64,000 nt of DNA from Amoebophrya sp. A120 (GCA_905178155.1 CAJINV010000009.1:2147373-2211372); one strand, 5' to 3'; counted from the stretch's first letter, positions 11,627 through 24,800 are shown. Notes: a model not told the origin generated them from the sequence alone. Translations and numbers: made by a program.

Positions 11627-14600
11627 TTAGAAATTCGAACTGTTGATAGCGTTGCGACTTTGAATTAGTGCAGCTCTTAAGTTGTCCGTTTCATTCTGCG
11701 CTGAGCGCTGGGAGTGACGCAATCGCACCGTCGAGGAGCTCGAGCTGCTAGCGTTTGCAGCGATGTTCGTCGCAGCGGCGCTTTTCTCCGCAAGAAGCGT
11801 TGTCTGAGTGTGCGCCAGCTCGCGTCCCCCAGTCGAAGGCACCGGAGGTGTCGGCGCAGGTGGCGGAGAGCCCAGAGGTAGCGGGCGAGGACTAACGCCT
11901 ACGCTTCCGGAGCTCAGGCGAAGCTTGCCAGAGAGTGAACCAGTAGAAGCACCAGAGGCGGTTGCGATAGGCTGGTTTTCTTTGTTCTGCTCTCCGGACG
12001 CGGGCGTCGTGGAGAACAAGCTCTGTTGAACGAGCCTGCGTGGAGCCGGCACGGGTGATATCGCCTGTACGATTTGAACGAACTGCTTGATTTTCGTCTT
12101 GCTCTCCGGCAGAGAGGGACTCGCACGCTGGATTGGAAGCCGCTCCAGGTGAATCGGCTCGGGAGACGCAAAAACGCCCTGCTGTGTTGATTGACTTTGA
12201 TGTAGTCGTCCCTCACTGACGCTACTCCAATTGGGTCCGGCAAAAACTGAAGCGGACGACGACGAGGTGGAGCTGCCAAATCCTTCCAAAATTCGTTGCG
12301 GTAGCTCCGCAAGCGGCGGCGCATTACACAGCTCCAGACCGCTGGCCGCGGCGCCGATCGCACTCAAACTGGGCGACCGGCTGTACTCTATCATCGAGGC
12401 CCGCTGCAGGGGAGTGCTCATGACACAATTTGTTGCTTTGCTGCTGCTACTCGCAGAAGATTTGTTAACAATGTCCGCATTTTGATCAGCACAGCCGCCC
12501 TCCCGCCGTTCTCCCGCTTCCCCTCTCGGATCCGGAAGCGACAGAGATCGCGGGACGACCACAGAACCGTTGGCAACTCCTCCACCGCCAGACAACGCAG
12601 TCGACGCACCTCCACCTCCGCCTCCAAAGGTAGCTAGGTGCTCCAGAGTTGAGCTTGCAGATTTTGTAAAAGTGGGCTGGTGTTCGTGTTTGGAAGAGCT
12701 CGCGGTGCTTCCTGGCGTCGTCGGAGACGAGCAGGAGGACGCGCCGGCTTGGTTGTAGTTCTGGCTCGATGAAGACGTAGTTCCATACAGCGCATTGTAC
12801 TGCGTCACTGAAGACCGAGAATTCGTGCTGTCCCGGCGATTCGTAGCAGTTGTGATCGAGTTCCTGCCGGAAGAATGGTGGGCGAGGACGGCTGTAGAAG
12901 ATGAGGAGGCCCCAGCACTCGCTGCGGAAGGGAACAGAGTGTCCTTCTCCTGCTGAAGAATTCGCTCGGCAACTTTGGACCTCTGGTAGTCCGATTTCGG
13001 TGACAGCATCGTAACTCTGTCTGGCGCGGAGCTCGTCACGGGCACGAACTGGCAAGAGGACGACGCAGAACCAAATCCGCCAGCACCACCGCCGCCCCCT
13101 CCGAGCAGCGAAGTATACGTCGGAGAGGCCTCGTAGGAGCTGTTCAAACTTGATCTACCAACTGGTAGCTTCCCCGCAGCAGAGCTCGGAGAAGCGCGAG
13201 CTGCACCGCCAGTCCCTCCTAGCTGGATTCCGGATGTCGATGAGAAAGATGTAGGGCTGGAATGAATCGGCACCGAAAATAAAAACGGAGACGCCGCCGA
13301 GGTAACAGCAAGTGGTACAGGTTGAGATGTTGGCGCTCCTGATGCACTCGATGAAGAAGGAGTGGACGTCGCGCCATCTGTTGTGCCCGAGCTTGCAATC
13401 GGGCTGGCGCTCACTTCGCGGTAGCAGTTATGGTTCTCGTTGATTACCACCCGGCGCAGATTTGACGAGGCGGCCGAAGTGGTAGACCAAAGGCCTGGGT
13501 TGGCCATGGGAGAGCTGGGTGTGCAGCCCGTGCTGGAAATCAAATTTTTCCTAGCGCCGGCTGCTGTAGAACCAGCTCCGACCACATTGCTCTTGCTGGA
13601 GGTGGTCGTGCCAGCATGTACCTCGACATTCATTTCGAAATGAGGGCTTGTCGAAATAGAAAGACCTGGATTACGGCGACGCAACGCAGGGGGCGGTGGT
13701 GGACCTGTGTAGTTGATGGGACTCGTGCTAGCAGTTTCAGTGCTCGTTGCGCGGTCAAGGTCATCTCCTGGGGCGTCTTGGACCACATGATTTTTGATCA
13801 TTGATCCATCGTCCTCGAGGCTGCGATTGTCGTCGTCGTGATGCGATTCCGCAGCTTGCTCTCGATCAACCAGATCAGCGTCGTCGATGAGCAAGTCTCG
13901 CAAATCCCGAACGCGAGCGTCTCCGGGAGGGACCATGGTGCGGCAGCTTGACGCTGCGACAGTGATCTTGTCGGAACACAGCGTTGAGAGCAGATCATCA
14001 GGCGAATACGCGTGCTCGCCCGGCTCGTCGCGCTCACGCTCAGTGGAAGTGTTCAATTTGTCTCGTGATAGAGCAGTCCGCTTTGTAGTTTCTACGATTG
14101 TACTGCCTGGTATGCCGCCTTGCCCACGCTCCGTATTAGACCCTGCTTCGGCCACGAGTCCCAGCGCCGCCTCAACTTCTGCAGGCGAGCGTCGTGTCAA
14201 AGGTAGAGTCTGGTTCGATGAGACCAGCAAAGACGCGGAAGCCGCTATGGTCTCCCCTGGTGTGGGAGGGATACAAGCGCGAAGATTCGAGTGTGCGGGT
14301 TGGCTTTGCAGATTCCCATTCTCCTGCTGTTCCTTTCCCCGCTGCTGCTGCAGCTGCTCCAGCAGCTGCTCCTCTTCTGGCGACGACACAATCGTCGTCG
14401 TGGCCGGTGAAGGTATGTTTGCAAAGCTGTGCAGTAAACTTTCGACCTTTGGAAGGGACGCGTGCGCAGCAACAGCTTCACTGTCAGGAAATTCCTCCCG
14501 GCGGCGCCGAAACAGCTCGCGAAGGTGTTTCGGCTCAAATTTTGGGGCGGAAATCGAGCAGGACGCCATCAACTGTGCCAAATTTGCGGTGGAAGTATTA

Positions 14601-16375
14601 AACGACGACACACTCAGGTCCATCAAGCTGGTGGTCGTCTCGCCCGTAAAACTTCGCTCAAGTTGCTGCTGCAGCGCCGCCAGCTGGGTTGCTGAAGGAT
14701 GTGCACGACCTGCAACATCAAGGGAAATGGTTTCGACTCCACAAGAACTACTTTCCTCAGTCGAAACTCCCGGCTGCTCTGCAAGTGATGCATCCACGTC
14801 CCGTGCTGGCCCTGTTTCAGTGCCGCGATCGCCATCACTACAGAAAAGTCCGCTCTGCTGCATCTGCATTGGAGCAGATCCATCCTCGTTGGCTTTCAGA
14901 GCCGAGGACAACCCGGCGCTAGCGGCACGCGTATTCGAAGAAGAGAGGATATCGGAGAGCAAGTGCGCGGTGGCCGCTTCTTCCAGTTGCTCCAGAAAAC
15001 TTGACCTCCTCGTACCTGGATTCACTTCAGACGAGGACGTCGCGCTGGCTCCGTCGCGCACACCAGGCGCCGCAGAAGCGATACGCGCAGCTGTCGAGTG
15101 GTGGCGGCCTTTGTCGAAAATACAATCATCAGGCGGAAAACGCTTCTCGACCCGTTCTTCATGACTACCCTGCGCTTCTTGATGTTCGCTACTTCCTGCT
15201 ACTGCTACTGCTGCTGGTTCGTCATGAACATGATCGTCCTCGTGGTCTCCTACTACAACAACAGAAGCTGTAGCTGTTAGCTGGTTCGACGGGGTGCCGC
15301 ATCTGGAAACGGTAGCAGATCTGGTCCCGGACGAGCGTGTGGCCGTACCTGAACTTCCAATTGGTGCGGTGATCAAGCCCTTCAGCAGGTGGTACCTCCT
15401 CTTCCACTTGGCAATCGCGACGCTCTGCTTCCGCGCGAGCTGCCGCAGGTTACCAACCTCCGCAGCATACAGTTGATTGGCAGCTGCCGCGTCGTGGTGC
15501 TCGTGCTCTGCCAGATGGTCAGCATTTTCGGCGGTAAGATGTTGTATTGACAAGGAAGAACTCGCAGTAGTTCCAGCAAAATTTGCGCCATTCGTAAAGC
15601 TTTTCATCTGCAGGTGGAGCTGGACCACTTTTTGCTTCCAGTGCTTCGCCTGCAGCTCCGCGCGTTTCAGTGAGGTCCGAAACTCTTCGCGCTCAAGAAT
15701 ATGGCGCTCTTCGAGATTTCGAATTTTACGCTGATAGTGCTGTTCCAGAGTCGCGTCCAGCTTGGACAAAACACCTGCTGCATCAGCGTCAGCTACATCT
15801 TCCGAGTCCTCTTGTTCCCCTTTTCGTTTTCCATTTGCATCCTCCCCGTCCTCGCCGGTTCTGGAAGCAGAATCCGAAAGGTTACTTGTCGCTGGCTCCG
15901 AGTTTTGATCTGCATCAGCCGAGCAAGCAATCACCATTGAAGTAGACTTTTCATCATTGCCGGTCGTCCACCCCACTGCGCCGCGCCACCGGCACGATTC
16001 ATTTACATCAACATCAGGTGCCGCTTTTTCCTGCTGCCGCCCGCCAGGTTCTTCTTCTGCGAAGTGCTCCCGAGCTGCAAGTAGGTCGTGGTGCGCAGGA
16101 GTGTTGATGTCAGTGCAGGTCAACGTCCCGTCGAAGCTGAGGTCTTCCAGCAAATCAACTTCCTTTCGCAGCTCCTCTTCCACCTGCGCCACAACCCGGG
16201 AGAACCGCCGCTCCAAGCGGACGTCACATCCAGACATCAACGCCGTGAACTCCAGCTCAGCAAGCTCAGAATCTGTGATACCGACAGGCCCGACAACGTC
16301 TTCTACATGGAGGTGTTGCATCGGGGGCTCTCGTCCTAGCACGAGAGGCACATCTACCTCCTCGGCGCGCTTCAT
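11627..16375 (-). CDS. 1582-aa Ser/Ala-rich low-complexity protein with predicted N-terminal coiled coils
   Basis: Long uninterrupted ATG-initiated ORF with heptad-like segments (LEQHYQRKIRNLEERH...KQKVVQLHLQM). No recognisable catalytic motif. Confidence 0.75.
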   Translation of the reverse strand: MKRAEEVDVPLVLGREPPMQHLHVEDVVGPVGITDSELAELEFTALMSGCDVRLERRFSRVVAQVEEELRKEVDLLEDLSFDGTLTCTDINTPAHHDLLAAREHFAEEEPGGRQQEKAAPDVDVNESCRWRGAVGWTTGNDEKSTSMVIACSADADQNSEPATSNLSDSASRTGEDGEDANGKRKGEQEDSEDVADADAAGVLSKLDATLEQHYQRKIRNLEERHILEREEFRTSLKRAELQAKHWKQKVVQLHLQMKSFTNGANFAGTTASSSLSIQHLTAENADHLAEHEHHDAAAANQLYAAEVGNLRQLARKQSVAIAKWKRRYHLLKGLITAPIGSSGTATRSSGTRSATVSRCGTPSNQLTATASVVVVGDHEDDHVHDEPAAVAVAGSSEHQEAQGSHEERVEKRFPPDDCIFDKGRHHSTAARIASAAPGVRDGASATSSSEVNPGTRRSSFLEQLEEAATAHLLSDILSSSNTRAASAGLSSALKANEDGSAPMQMQQSGLFCSDGDRGTETGPARDVDASLAEQPGVSTEESSSCGVETISLDVAGRAHPSATQLAALQQQLERSFTGETTTSLMDLSVSSFNTSTANLAQLMASCSISAPKFEPKHLRELFRRRREEFPDSEAVAAHASLPKVESLLHSFANIPSPATTTIVSSPEEEQLLEQLQQQRGKEQQENGNLQSQPAHSNLRACIPPTPGETIAASASLLVSSNQTLPLTRRSPAEVEAALGLVAEAGSNTERGQGGIPGSTIVETTKRTALSRDKLNTSTERERDEPGEHAYSPDDLLSTLCSDKITVAASSCRTMVPPGDARVRDLRDLLIDDADLVDREQAAESHHDDDNRSLEDDGSMIKNHVVQDAPGDDLDRATSTETASTSPINYTGPPPPPALRRRNPGLSISTSPHFEMNVEVHAGTTTSSKSNVVGAGSTAAGARKNLISSTGCTPSSPMANPGLWSTTSAASSNLRRVVINENHNCYREVSASPIASSGTTDGATSTPSSSSASGAPTSQPVPLAVTSAASPFLFSVPIHSSPTSFSSTSGIQLGGTGGAARASPSSAAGKLPVGRSSLNSSYEASPTYTSLLGGGGGGAGGFGSASSSCQFVPVTSSAPDRVTMLSPKSDYQRSKVAERILQQEKDTLFPSAASAGASSSSTAVLAHHSSGRNSITTATNRRDSTNSRSSVTQYNALYGTTSSSSQNYNQAGASSCSSPTTPGSTASSSKHEHQPTFTKSASSTLEHLATFGGGGGGASTALSGGGGVANGSVVVPRSLSLPDPRGEAGERREGGCADQNADIVNKSSASSSSKATNCVMSTPLQRASMIEYSRSPSLSAIGAAASGLELCNAPPLAELPQRILEGFGSSTSSSSASVFAGPNWSSVSEGRLHQSQSTQQGVFASPEPIHLERLPIQRASPSLPESKTKIKQFVQIVQAISPVPAPRRLVQQSLFSTTPASGEQNKENQPIATASGASTGSLSGKLRLSSGSVGVSPRPLPLGSPPPAPTPPVPSTGGRELAHTQTTLLAEKSAAATNIAANASSSSSSTVRLRHSQRSAQNETDNLRAALIQSRNAINSSNF

Positions 16376-17813
16376 TTTCCCGTCGGAGATCAGCGACTGA
16401 GCGGGGCTGCTGAAGGGAGGCAGTAGAGGTTAGATCATTTCATCTAGCATGGTCAGTCAGCATGCTGGTCGGCGCCGTTGGGAAAACTGCAGTGACCCGG
16501 AACGAAGTAGACAATGAAAGGACGTTTTGCAAAACTCCTCCTGTTTTCTGAATTCATTGCTGCTCTTCCCTCACTCCGTCGATTCCATAATGATCCGAAA
16601 AAGTAAAACTCGCAGGAAATGATGCAGCCTGCCGCAGGGATAAATTCATATGCAGTAATATCGGTCCTCACTTGTCTTCGCGTGCTCCAACGTTGACCAA
16701 ACTTTCTTTATTGCAAAAAATCATACAACCTACTTCTGGTGCTACTTATCTTCTATGGAGAGTGAAGCAAGAAATTGCAGTAAATGGCGACTGCTATTCT
16801 TGCTCTGCATACCGCATTTCGATTTCCTAAAGTAACAAGCCAACCGCCATCTTCCTCGCTCAGGAGCCTCAGGCGGTGCAAGAAAAAACCAAAGTAGAAG
16901 CTAAGTAGGGAGAGCAAGAACCGAAAGAACGCGGATTTGAGTGAAACGAAACAAAGTGGTCGTCGACGTCGGCTCTTTCATTACAACTCGTCCTCGCCAA
17001 TTTTTTACCAATACTACTCATCTCTCGTCTACTGCGTCATCTTCTCTACTGCCACACCAGAGAGCAAAAAAGCGTATTGCCAGGTGTATGTGTAGCATGT
17101 ACAAGAGGCATTTCATTCTTGGGGTCGTACACGTACTCTCGAACAATAAAAAAAGAGAACCACTTGCTTCTGCAGGTGCTGGAACCTGTATTTTACAGCG
17201 CCACCAGCTGCAGGTAGTGATACTTATAGCTACTTGGCCATCTTCGGTATCTTCGTGCGATTTCATCATGATCGTTCAACAGTTTTAATCAGCAGCCCAA
17301 AGAGAATCGAAAATCGACATAATCTTGCTTCTAGCTACAATGCAAGGTCTCCGTCTAGTTGAATTTGCGCAGCGGCTTGGTCGTGATGCCTCCGTTCATA
17401 GATCATACGAGAGTACAACTAATGTAACGTGTAGCTGCTTGATTTCTTCAAATTTGATGCTTCTTCTTTTCCGTTCTGTGCTAGTCATGCATATGTTATT
17501 CTCTGCTCCGAATTGTAGTGCTTGTGGCCGTGATGAGAACCCTGCATGTGGATGGTCGTAAGTTGCGTCTTGTCGTATCTGCTGCAAAGAAACGTCGGCC
17601 CACAAGCTTGTTAAGCGCGTCTTCTATCAGCAATAGAGCCACATTCTCATCTTCATGAAACACTTCCAACAAAAAAAGTAGCTGCGGCAATCTTCATATC
17701 ACCAGTTGTTCTTATCCGTGGACTTTTGTCTTTGTTGCATGTGTTTCATCAGCATCGCTTTCGCACTTGCTTCATCTTCAACTTTTCTAATTTTATTAAG
17801 TACTCTTATTCCA

Positions 17814-20444
17814 TTAGTGTGCAAGCACTTCACGCCTATAGCCACACTTGAAGCAGCTATCCTTGGATGCGAACACATTAGTGTTGCACTTTGGACACGG
17901 CCAGTCACCGGGCCTTACAATGTCGCTTCCCTGCTTCCCTGAACCTTTGCCTTTGGATGCCGCACTCTTGCCACCACCTGCACCGCCAGGGGCCGACCGA
18001 GAGTAACCACACTTGAAACAAGAATCCTTGGACGCAAACACGTTGGTATTGCACTTTGGACAGGCCCAGTCGCCCGGGCGAACGTTCTGGCTCCCGGCTC
18101 CCGAGGAGGCTCCAACAGGCGTTGGAGCTGCGTTGAAACTGCTGTATGGACCGCTAGCATTGTTTGATGGCCTTGTCCCCGAGGCTCCCCCGGGTGTGCC
18201 AGGTGGACCTGCATCGTTCAACCTCGAGTAACCACACTTGAAGCAACTGTCCTTGGAACCAAACACAAGCATTCCGCAGCCGGGACAGTTCCAATCCCCG
18301 GGGCGGGCGTTCGGATGATCCTGTTGTCCGCCGCCCGCAGCACCACGGCGTTGCGTAGGCTGGCCAGTCGCGGCTGCCGTCCTCTGCGAGGGCGGCGCGG
18401 CGGAGGAGGAAGTAGCGCGGGAATATCCACACTTGAAGCAGTCGTCTTTCGACCCAAACACCAATGTTCCGCATTTTGGACACGGCCAATCCGCTGCCTT
18501 CCCATTACCTTTTCTGGTGGTTTGCGACTGCTCTCCGAACTGGTCTCGCTCCATCCTTCCCGTCCTTTGCGATCGGACGGGCTGCTCCTGTTCGACAGAC
18601 GCACCGCCTTTTCTCTTGTCGTAGCCGCACTTGAAACAATTGTCGCGGAACGCGAAGCAGTGCGTGGCACAGCTGGGACACGACCAGTCGCCCTCGCGCA
18701 CCTCGCCAGTGGGATTCCTGATGGGCTCGGAGAGGTCGGCAGCGTGATCACCACGCCGGCGCGAGCGGGACCGACGCTGGCGGTCTCGGGACCGCGATCG
18801 GCCAGCTCCGCGACCCCGCGGCGTGCTGCGGTTGCGCGGCCGGCCGCCCGCTGGCGGCTCGTCGCGGCGGTCGAAGTTGCAGACGAAACACTTGGACTTC
18901 TTGGCAAAGACCAGCTCGCCGCATTTCCAGCAGTCCCAGTCCCCCTCACGCCGGTTGGGTGCGTCTTTGGCAACCTTCGGCTTCGCGCGCGAACACTTGA
19001 AGCACTTGTCTTTGGACCCAAACACCATCACGCCACAGGTGACGCAGTCCCAATCGCCGTCCAGCCGATTGTTCGGTCCCCCCTTCTTCCCGTCGCCCTT
19101 CTTGTTGTGCGACAGCGCCGCTTGGGATAAGGAGCTTTCCAGCAAGTCCGACTCGCGGTCCACCGACATCTTAGTCACGGCGAGCGTGTCATCCAGCATG
19201 TCCAATACGTTCTGATGGCTGATTTCCTTGGAAATCTCGTCGTCCACGTTGAAGGAGCTCTGGGCCTCGACAGCAAACGGGTTCATCATCATCCGGGGGC
19301 TGTTGTTGGGGCCTTGTTCCTCAATCACGAAGCCTGGTGGGGTGAGGTGCTGGCCATCGTCCTGCGACGCTGGTTCACCACCAATAGCGGGCGTACCGTA
19401 TCCAGATCCACCCTGATCGTCAAGAGCACTACCTGTAAAGAATCATTTCAAAGCCTTACCGTTTTTGCATATAGTATAAACTCGAGAAAATCCGTGAAGT
19501 TCGACTTCAAGATCCTGCGGCCGTTGCTTCCGATCGATCGTAGTCATAGCAGTCTGAGCCATTTTCTAGCATTATATGCTGATTCTCCATTGTGATAAAA
19601 AATAGTTGCGATTCCGCATAATGTTGGAACTGCGAAGCCGTGCGCACAGCGACAGCAACCAGGCGGCCGCTTTGTTGATTGATTTTGATTTATCTTACTT
19701 AATCTTTATGATTATTCTATATTTTGACAACTGTGCGTGCATGCGGTTTCTGTGCGAAAAGGCTTCGGCTTCCAATTCTTTGAAACGAAAATAAAACAGA
19801 ACAACAACAAACCAAAAGACGTAGGCGCGGCTGGGCGGCAGGCTAGGTACGATTCAAAGGCAACGACGATGCTGCGGCAGGAGCCACATGGTATTCGACC
19901 TGTGGGCATGCTGGGCGCGCGGCGCGATCGGCAGTTTGCTGGGCATCTCGCATCCGGGTGAACCAGCGCGGTTTTGTTCTTTCAATTCATTCGCCGATGT
20001 ATGTATGAACATCTTCAACAGCCTGCAGTACCACAACCTGGAGGAGACTGTATAATGCGGTCGTCCTGGGCGGGCCATCAGTCCCCGCAAATATTTCCTA
20101 ACAAGAAGAACTACACCGCGGCGGTTGTACTTGTAGTAGTATAGATCATTGCCAACATTACCTGGTCCTTCGCCCGGAGTCGCGCCACCCATTTGTTCGT
20201 CCTCGTCAACATGACTGTTTTCCCTGCTCGATGGCCTACTAGTACTGCGAGCGGTTCCGCACTTGACACATTCTTTTTTGCTAGCCCGATTGATCTCCTG
20301 ACAATGCTTGCAAACCCAATCCGGTTCGCCTACCTTCGCCGCTAGGCTGCGGTCGAAGTTGCATTTGATGCACTTGTCCTTCGAGGCGAAGACAATTGTC
20401 CGGCAGCCAGGGCAGGTCCAATCGCCTGTCCGAATCTTTACCAT
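17814..20444 (-). CDS. Protein with nine RanBP2-type zinc fingers and an RS-rich segment; exons 20444-20162, 19432-17814
   Basis: Nine D-W-x-C-x2-C-x10-C-x2-C units, e.g. GDWTCPGCRTIVFASKDKCIKC and GDWACPKCNTNVFASKDSCFKC. GT-AG intron 19433-20161 joins both ORFs in frame (634 codons). RS tract RSRSRDRQRRSRSRRR. Confidence 0.88.
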
Positions 20445-21882
20445 GATATTTTTTGTCCTCCGGGAAACAACAAAGAAAAAAGATGAAAATGAACGCCCAG
20501 CGCACCAGTTTGAAAAAATAGCTGCTCAAACAGATTCACAAATCAACGCTCTTTTCTGGGTGAAGATGATCACTGACCCTGCCTCCCAAAAACGAAAAAA
20601 AAATCATAAACTAACAGAAACTAACACATCAATCACACGAAGTTTTTAGAGGCGACTTTGCTATACATACTTTTGTGACGTGAGAAACAAATGACGGAAA
20701 CATGAAAATGAAAAAATCTTGTGACGATAGTGCTAGACTCGATTTCTGATTTCAGGGGATGCACTTGTATAGAAATACGTATATGCGCTACGCGTGCCCA
20801 CCTGCATTCGTTTTTCCTTTTGTATATACTTCTTCACTTTACTTTAGGTATATTTATAAGTAATTGACAGAGAAGGTGCTATTTGTGAACGAGAAAATAC
20901 CAAAAAATGAAAATCTTTACTTCGGGAAATTCCAGTTCGTTGGCCGATTTCTTGCCTTCATCTTCGATCTTTTTCCGGTTATTTGAAACCAGAAATACCC
21001 TCCTAAAGACCATCTGCGCAAATTTGAATTTTGAATTTGATTTCTGTGTGTACGTGCATGGACATTTCGGGATCATCATCCATGAAGCCATGCAACTTCC
21101 TTCGATTTGCTTTAACAAGTAGTGCTTAGATTTGTCAAAGAAGTCAAGAAACAAGTGGTGCGCAAAAAAAGTACATTTATTTTCAGCAAGGACAATGACG
21201 AGCGCTCACGTAGAACATTGAGACAGACAGAGACACATATTGATCACAAAGAGAAAGAACCTTTCATTCAGAAATTGTAGGTGCCCCTTCTGCACCGCTG
21301 CAAGATTTCTTGCAACATTTTGGTTCAAGATTAGAACACTAGTTGGTGTGCCGAAAGCAAACACCACGCCCTCGCGGTGAAAGGCAACCTTAGCGAAATA
21401 CCCGTGCCTTTGCCTGGGCTTGAAAACCTCAATACAGATAATAAACCACACACAAAAAATTATCCACCTTGTCAACAAGAGAATACGTCGTCATAGTGTA
21501 AGACTTAATACACAGATGAATGAACTGAAAAGTGGAGAAATAAGATGGCAGAAAACTACAGTATTCATTCCCTATTTGTGGTCGGAGCAAGTGCTCCCTC
21601 TCGCTCCGATGCTTTATGTTGTACAGCTTAATGTACGTTCTTGTTGAAAATTCATGTTGATGTTGATGGTTGTGTCGCGGTCGCCCTTTCGTTGCTTTTA
21701 CTATGTGTTACACGAAAGTTACACTACAGCAAAAGTTCTTCTGATTTTTGATCTCGTCTTAAGCATCATGTCCATGCAGGACATGAAGATCAAGGCTTGT
21801 GCTTGTTGTTCTTGGGCGACGACCTATTCCATAGTCATAGATTGATACTTACTTCTACTTGTACTTTTACGTTTCAAAAAAT

Positions 21883-24800
21883 CTATCTATCGGGAACAGG
21901 GGAGGGACTTGGAGTGCTGCTGGTGGCGCTGCTACTGGGAGACATCTGGTCGAACAGGACATCTCCGGGAAGATCGTCCTCGTGATAGTACAAAACTGGG
22001 TTCTTTTCTTCCCCTTCCTGCCGCGATGTTGTCGAACTGGAAGCGCCTGCGCCAGCACCCGCACTCGTCTGCAGCTGAACTTGTCCTGGTCCACCTCGTA
22101 CTTGTCCCCCTATTCTCGTTGCGGGACCACTTTCACTTTCGTTGGAGTTTGTCCTCGCAGTTTCCTCACTTTGCTTACTCCCGCGCAGGTCGATAAACGC
22201 CGATGAACCCAAAGAAGTAGTGTTTGTCTCCCGATTTTCGTGTACTGCTTTTGCAGCACTTGCTCTGGTTGTTGAACCCGGGGAATTCCTTTTGCTGTTT
22301 TGCTTCGTCGCCGCCCCACCAGCACCCGATTTCATCGTCCGACCCGGCTTGTTTGAGTCCTTTTTGGCGAAGACCCCCGGGAGCGAGTCGTACTTTTGCT
22401 GCATCATGAGGCTCAAGTTCTCTGAACTGTCTTGATCTTTCACCATCGCTCGCATGCGTATCACATCCGCGCGCCCGTCTTCGGCCCGCGTGTCAAACAG
22501 GCGCGCACCCTCGTAATCGTTGTCCGAAAAGATGTTCACGTCCGCTGCAGCCGCACGCGAGTTTAGGGAAGATCTCGTCGTTTCTATGCTGTCAGTCGTC
22601 ATCCGCTGTTGCTCCTGCTCGCGCAAACGCATGAGCTCGGTGGCGGTGGACGCGCGTTCCAAGTCTGTAATATCACGGTCAACAACATATCGCGGGGACG
22701 CGTACGCAGCTGGTGAGTCGGCCCCGGTGCTTGTCCGGACCACCTCACCGTTAAACCGCTGGAAGAACGCGGGAACCCAGGCTCGTTTTGCCTTCTTTTT
22801 CTTCACTCCTTGTTTGCCGGCGCCGCCTGTGGAAGTGGTACCGCGGCCCTTCGACGTTGCTCCTGTGCTCCTGACGTCGTTGTTCATCTCTGCAGAAGAG
22901 GAAGACGAGTTAGCTGCGCCCTCTTCGTTGCTTTCTACCAAGAGGCCACTCCGCGTGCTATGCTTTGCAAAAGCGGCTCGATCCTCAGCGTCGTGGCTGC
23001 GAGTTTTGCTTTTGTTCGATCCATTTTGTGCCCCAGCACCGACGAGTCGTTTTGATCCGCTGAGATCGCCGTCACTCCCGTACTCGCTGTAATAACTGCT
23101 GTCGTCCTCGTCGCCAATGTTGGCGTCCTCCTCCGGCGGCAAAACCACCGGCCAGAAGGTCGGCTTGTGCGCGGCCTCCCAGAATTTTCCATTTACCGGG
23201 GCGCGCAGAAGCACGGCAGTGCGCTTCTTTGACACCGTGACCAGGCAGGGCAGGTCGATCTTCCAACCCTCCCCGTCCGCCTGCATGTACTGCGGCTGGC
23301 GCAGGTCCATCAAAAAGGCCTTACCCCGGGCCAGCGTCGCCATCCACGCGCCGCAAAGCGTTGCCCGTGCCAGGCTGCACTGGTTCCGACAACCCAGCAC
23401 CTCGATGGTGCCGTCGTGCGGCCGCTGCTTACCCATGTCACCCGGGTACGGCCTCCGTCCCGCACCGTAAGAGTTGATATTCAAGAAAACCTGACGAAAG
23501 CGACGATATTTTCTTTGGAGCAATTCTTGATGATCATGATGTGGCTTGGTTCAAAGCTGCTAAGATGTTGACGAGCCACGCAATCTTTTCTTTTACTTTT
23601 TATCAAAATCATAAAAAATAAATCGCTTTTTAATAGATACCATAGTTCTGAGCAGTCCACTATGTTGTCCGGACTGGATCATTCGTCTTTTCAAACCAGC
23701 GTCCTCGAATTCCCCGCCGTAGCGAAGACGGTCGTGGTAGTAAAAGTCCATCCCGTCGGCCAAACTCGGCGGACAGCACTTCATGAAACCCTTGCAGCCC
23801 CCGCACCCGTACCACATCTTACCCAGCCCGCTACTGAAGGTGCACTTCCCGAAGGCTGTCTGTCGCGCATCCTCAACGAATACGGTGGTGTCGGCGTCCG
23901 CGCCAAAGGAAAAATAATTTTGAAACGTCGACTGGAAAATTTCGCCGTCGTTCGCAGCGTGGGCGTCCAGAAGCCTGTTTTTTTCATTATGATTGCAACA
24001 CGATCTTTGCATGGATTGGAAGACTTGCAATGAAAATCTGCAGTTCACTACTCCCAAAAAGTCGTATCATTTTTAGATGAGACATGACGGCGCTCGTCAG
24101 CTGCGCCTAATTAAAGCGAACGTGAAGGTAGAAGTGTAAAAATGAGAACTATGCAATCCAATTCATTGATGGTTGCGGTTGGCTCATCAATGAATCACAA
24201 TCAATAAGTTTGCAATTTATTCTTGTTTTTTGTTCACAGCAACAAAAGCAATCACGTTACCTCGCCATGTTGTCCTTTATTCTTTCGGTTTTCTTCTTCG
24301 CGTATTTTGTGTCGTGGTGGAAGTTGCTGATGCCTTGACTCTGGTCCGCGATGTCGTCTTCCTCGGTGACGTAGTTGCATTTCTTTAGGGCGGCGTAGAC
24401 CCGCTCCCGGTGCGCCGGGTCCTGCACCTTTTGCGGGTGACTGCCCAGCGTCCGGAGCTTGTGGTCCTCGGGTAACTTCTTTTTCGGGAGCAACGTGAGC
24501 TCCCACTGATCGAGAATGGTCAGCTCCGCGTCCTCCACCATCTTCAGGTACTGCAGCGCCCGCGCGCTGCTAAAGTAGAAGGTGGACCCCCAGCCGAGCG
24601 AGCGGGCCAGGTCGTTGCCCGTTCCCAGCGGCAGCAGCGCAACCGGGGGCTGGAACCGCAGCAGCTTCTGCGCAAGCATGTCCCCGAGCACGCCGAGGAT
24701 CCAGCTCGCAGTCCCGTCCCCGCCGCAAACGAGCAGCCGGGCCACGGACTGCATGTCGCACACCTGGTCTTCAATGAACTGCCGGGGATTCTGGCTCGAC

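Noticed and set aside
13887-15164. Long plus-strand ORFs such as 13887..15164 and 18315..19130
   Set aside because: They are antisense shadows of GC-rich minus-strand genes with no independent motifs.
20879-21478. Possible small minus-strand gene (VFKPRQRHGYFAKVAFHREG...)
   Set aside because: One exon-like segment, but I could not build a consistent spliced model or recognise a family.
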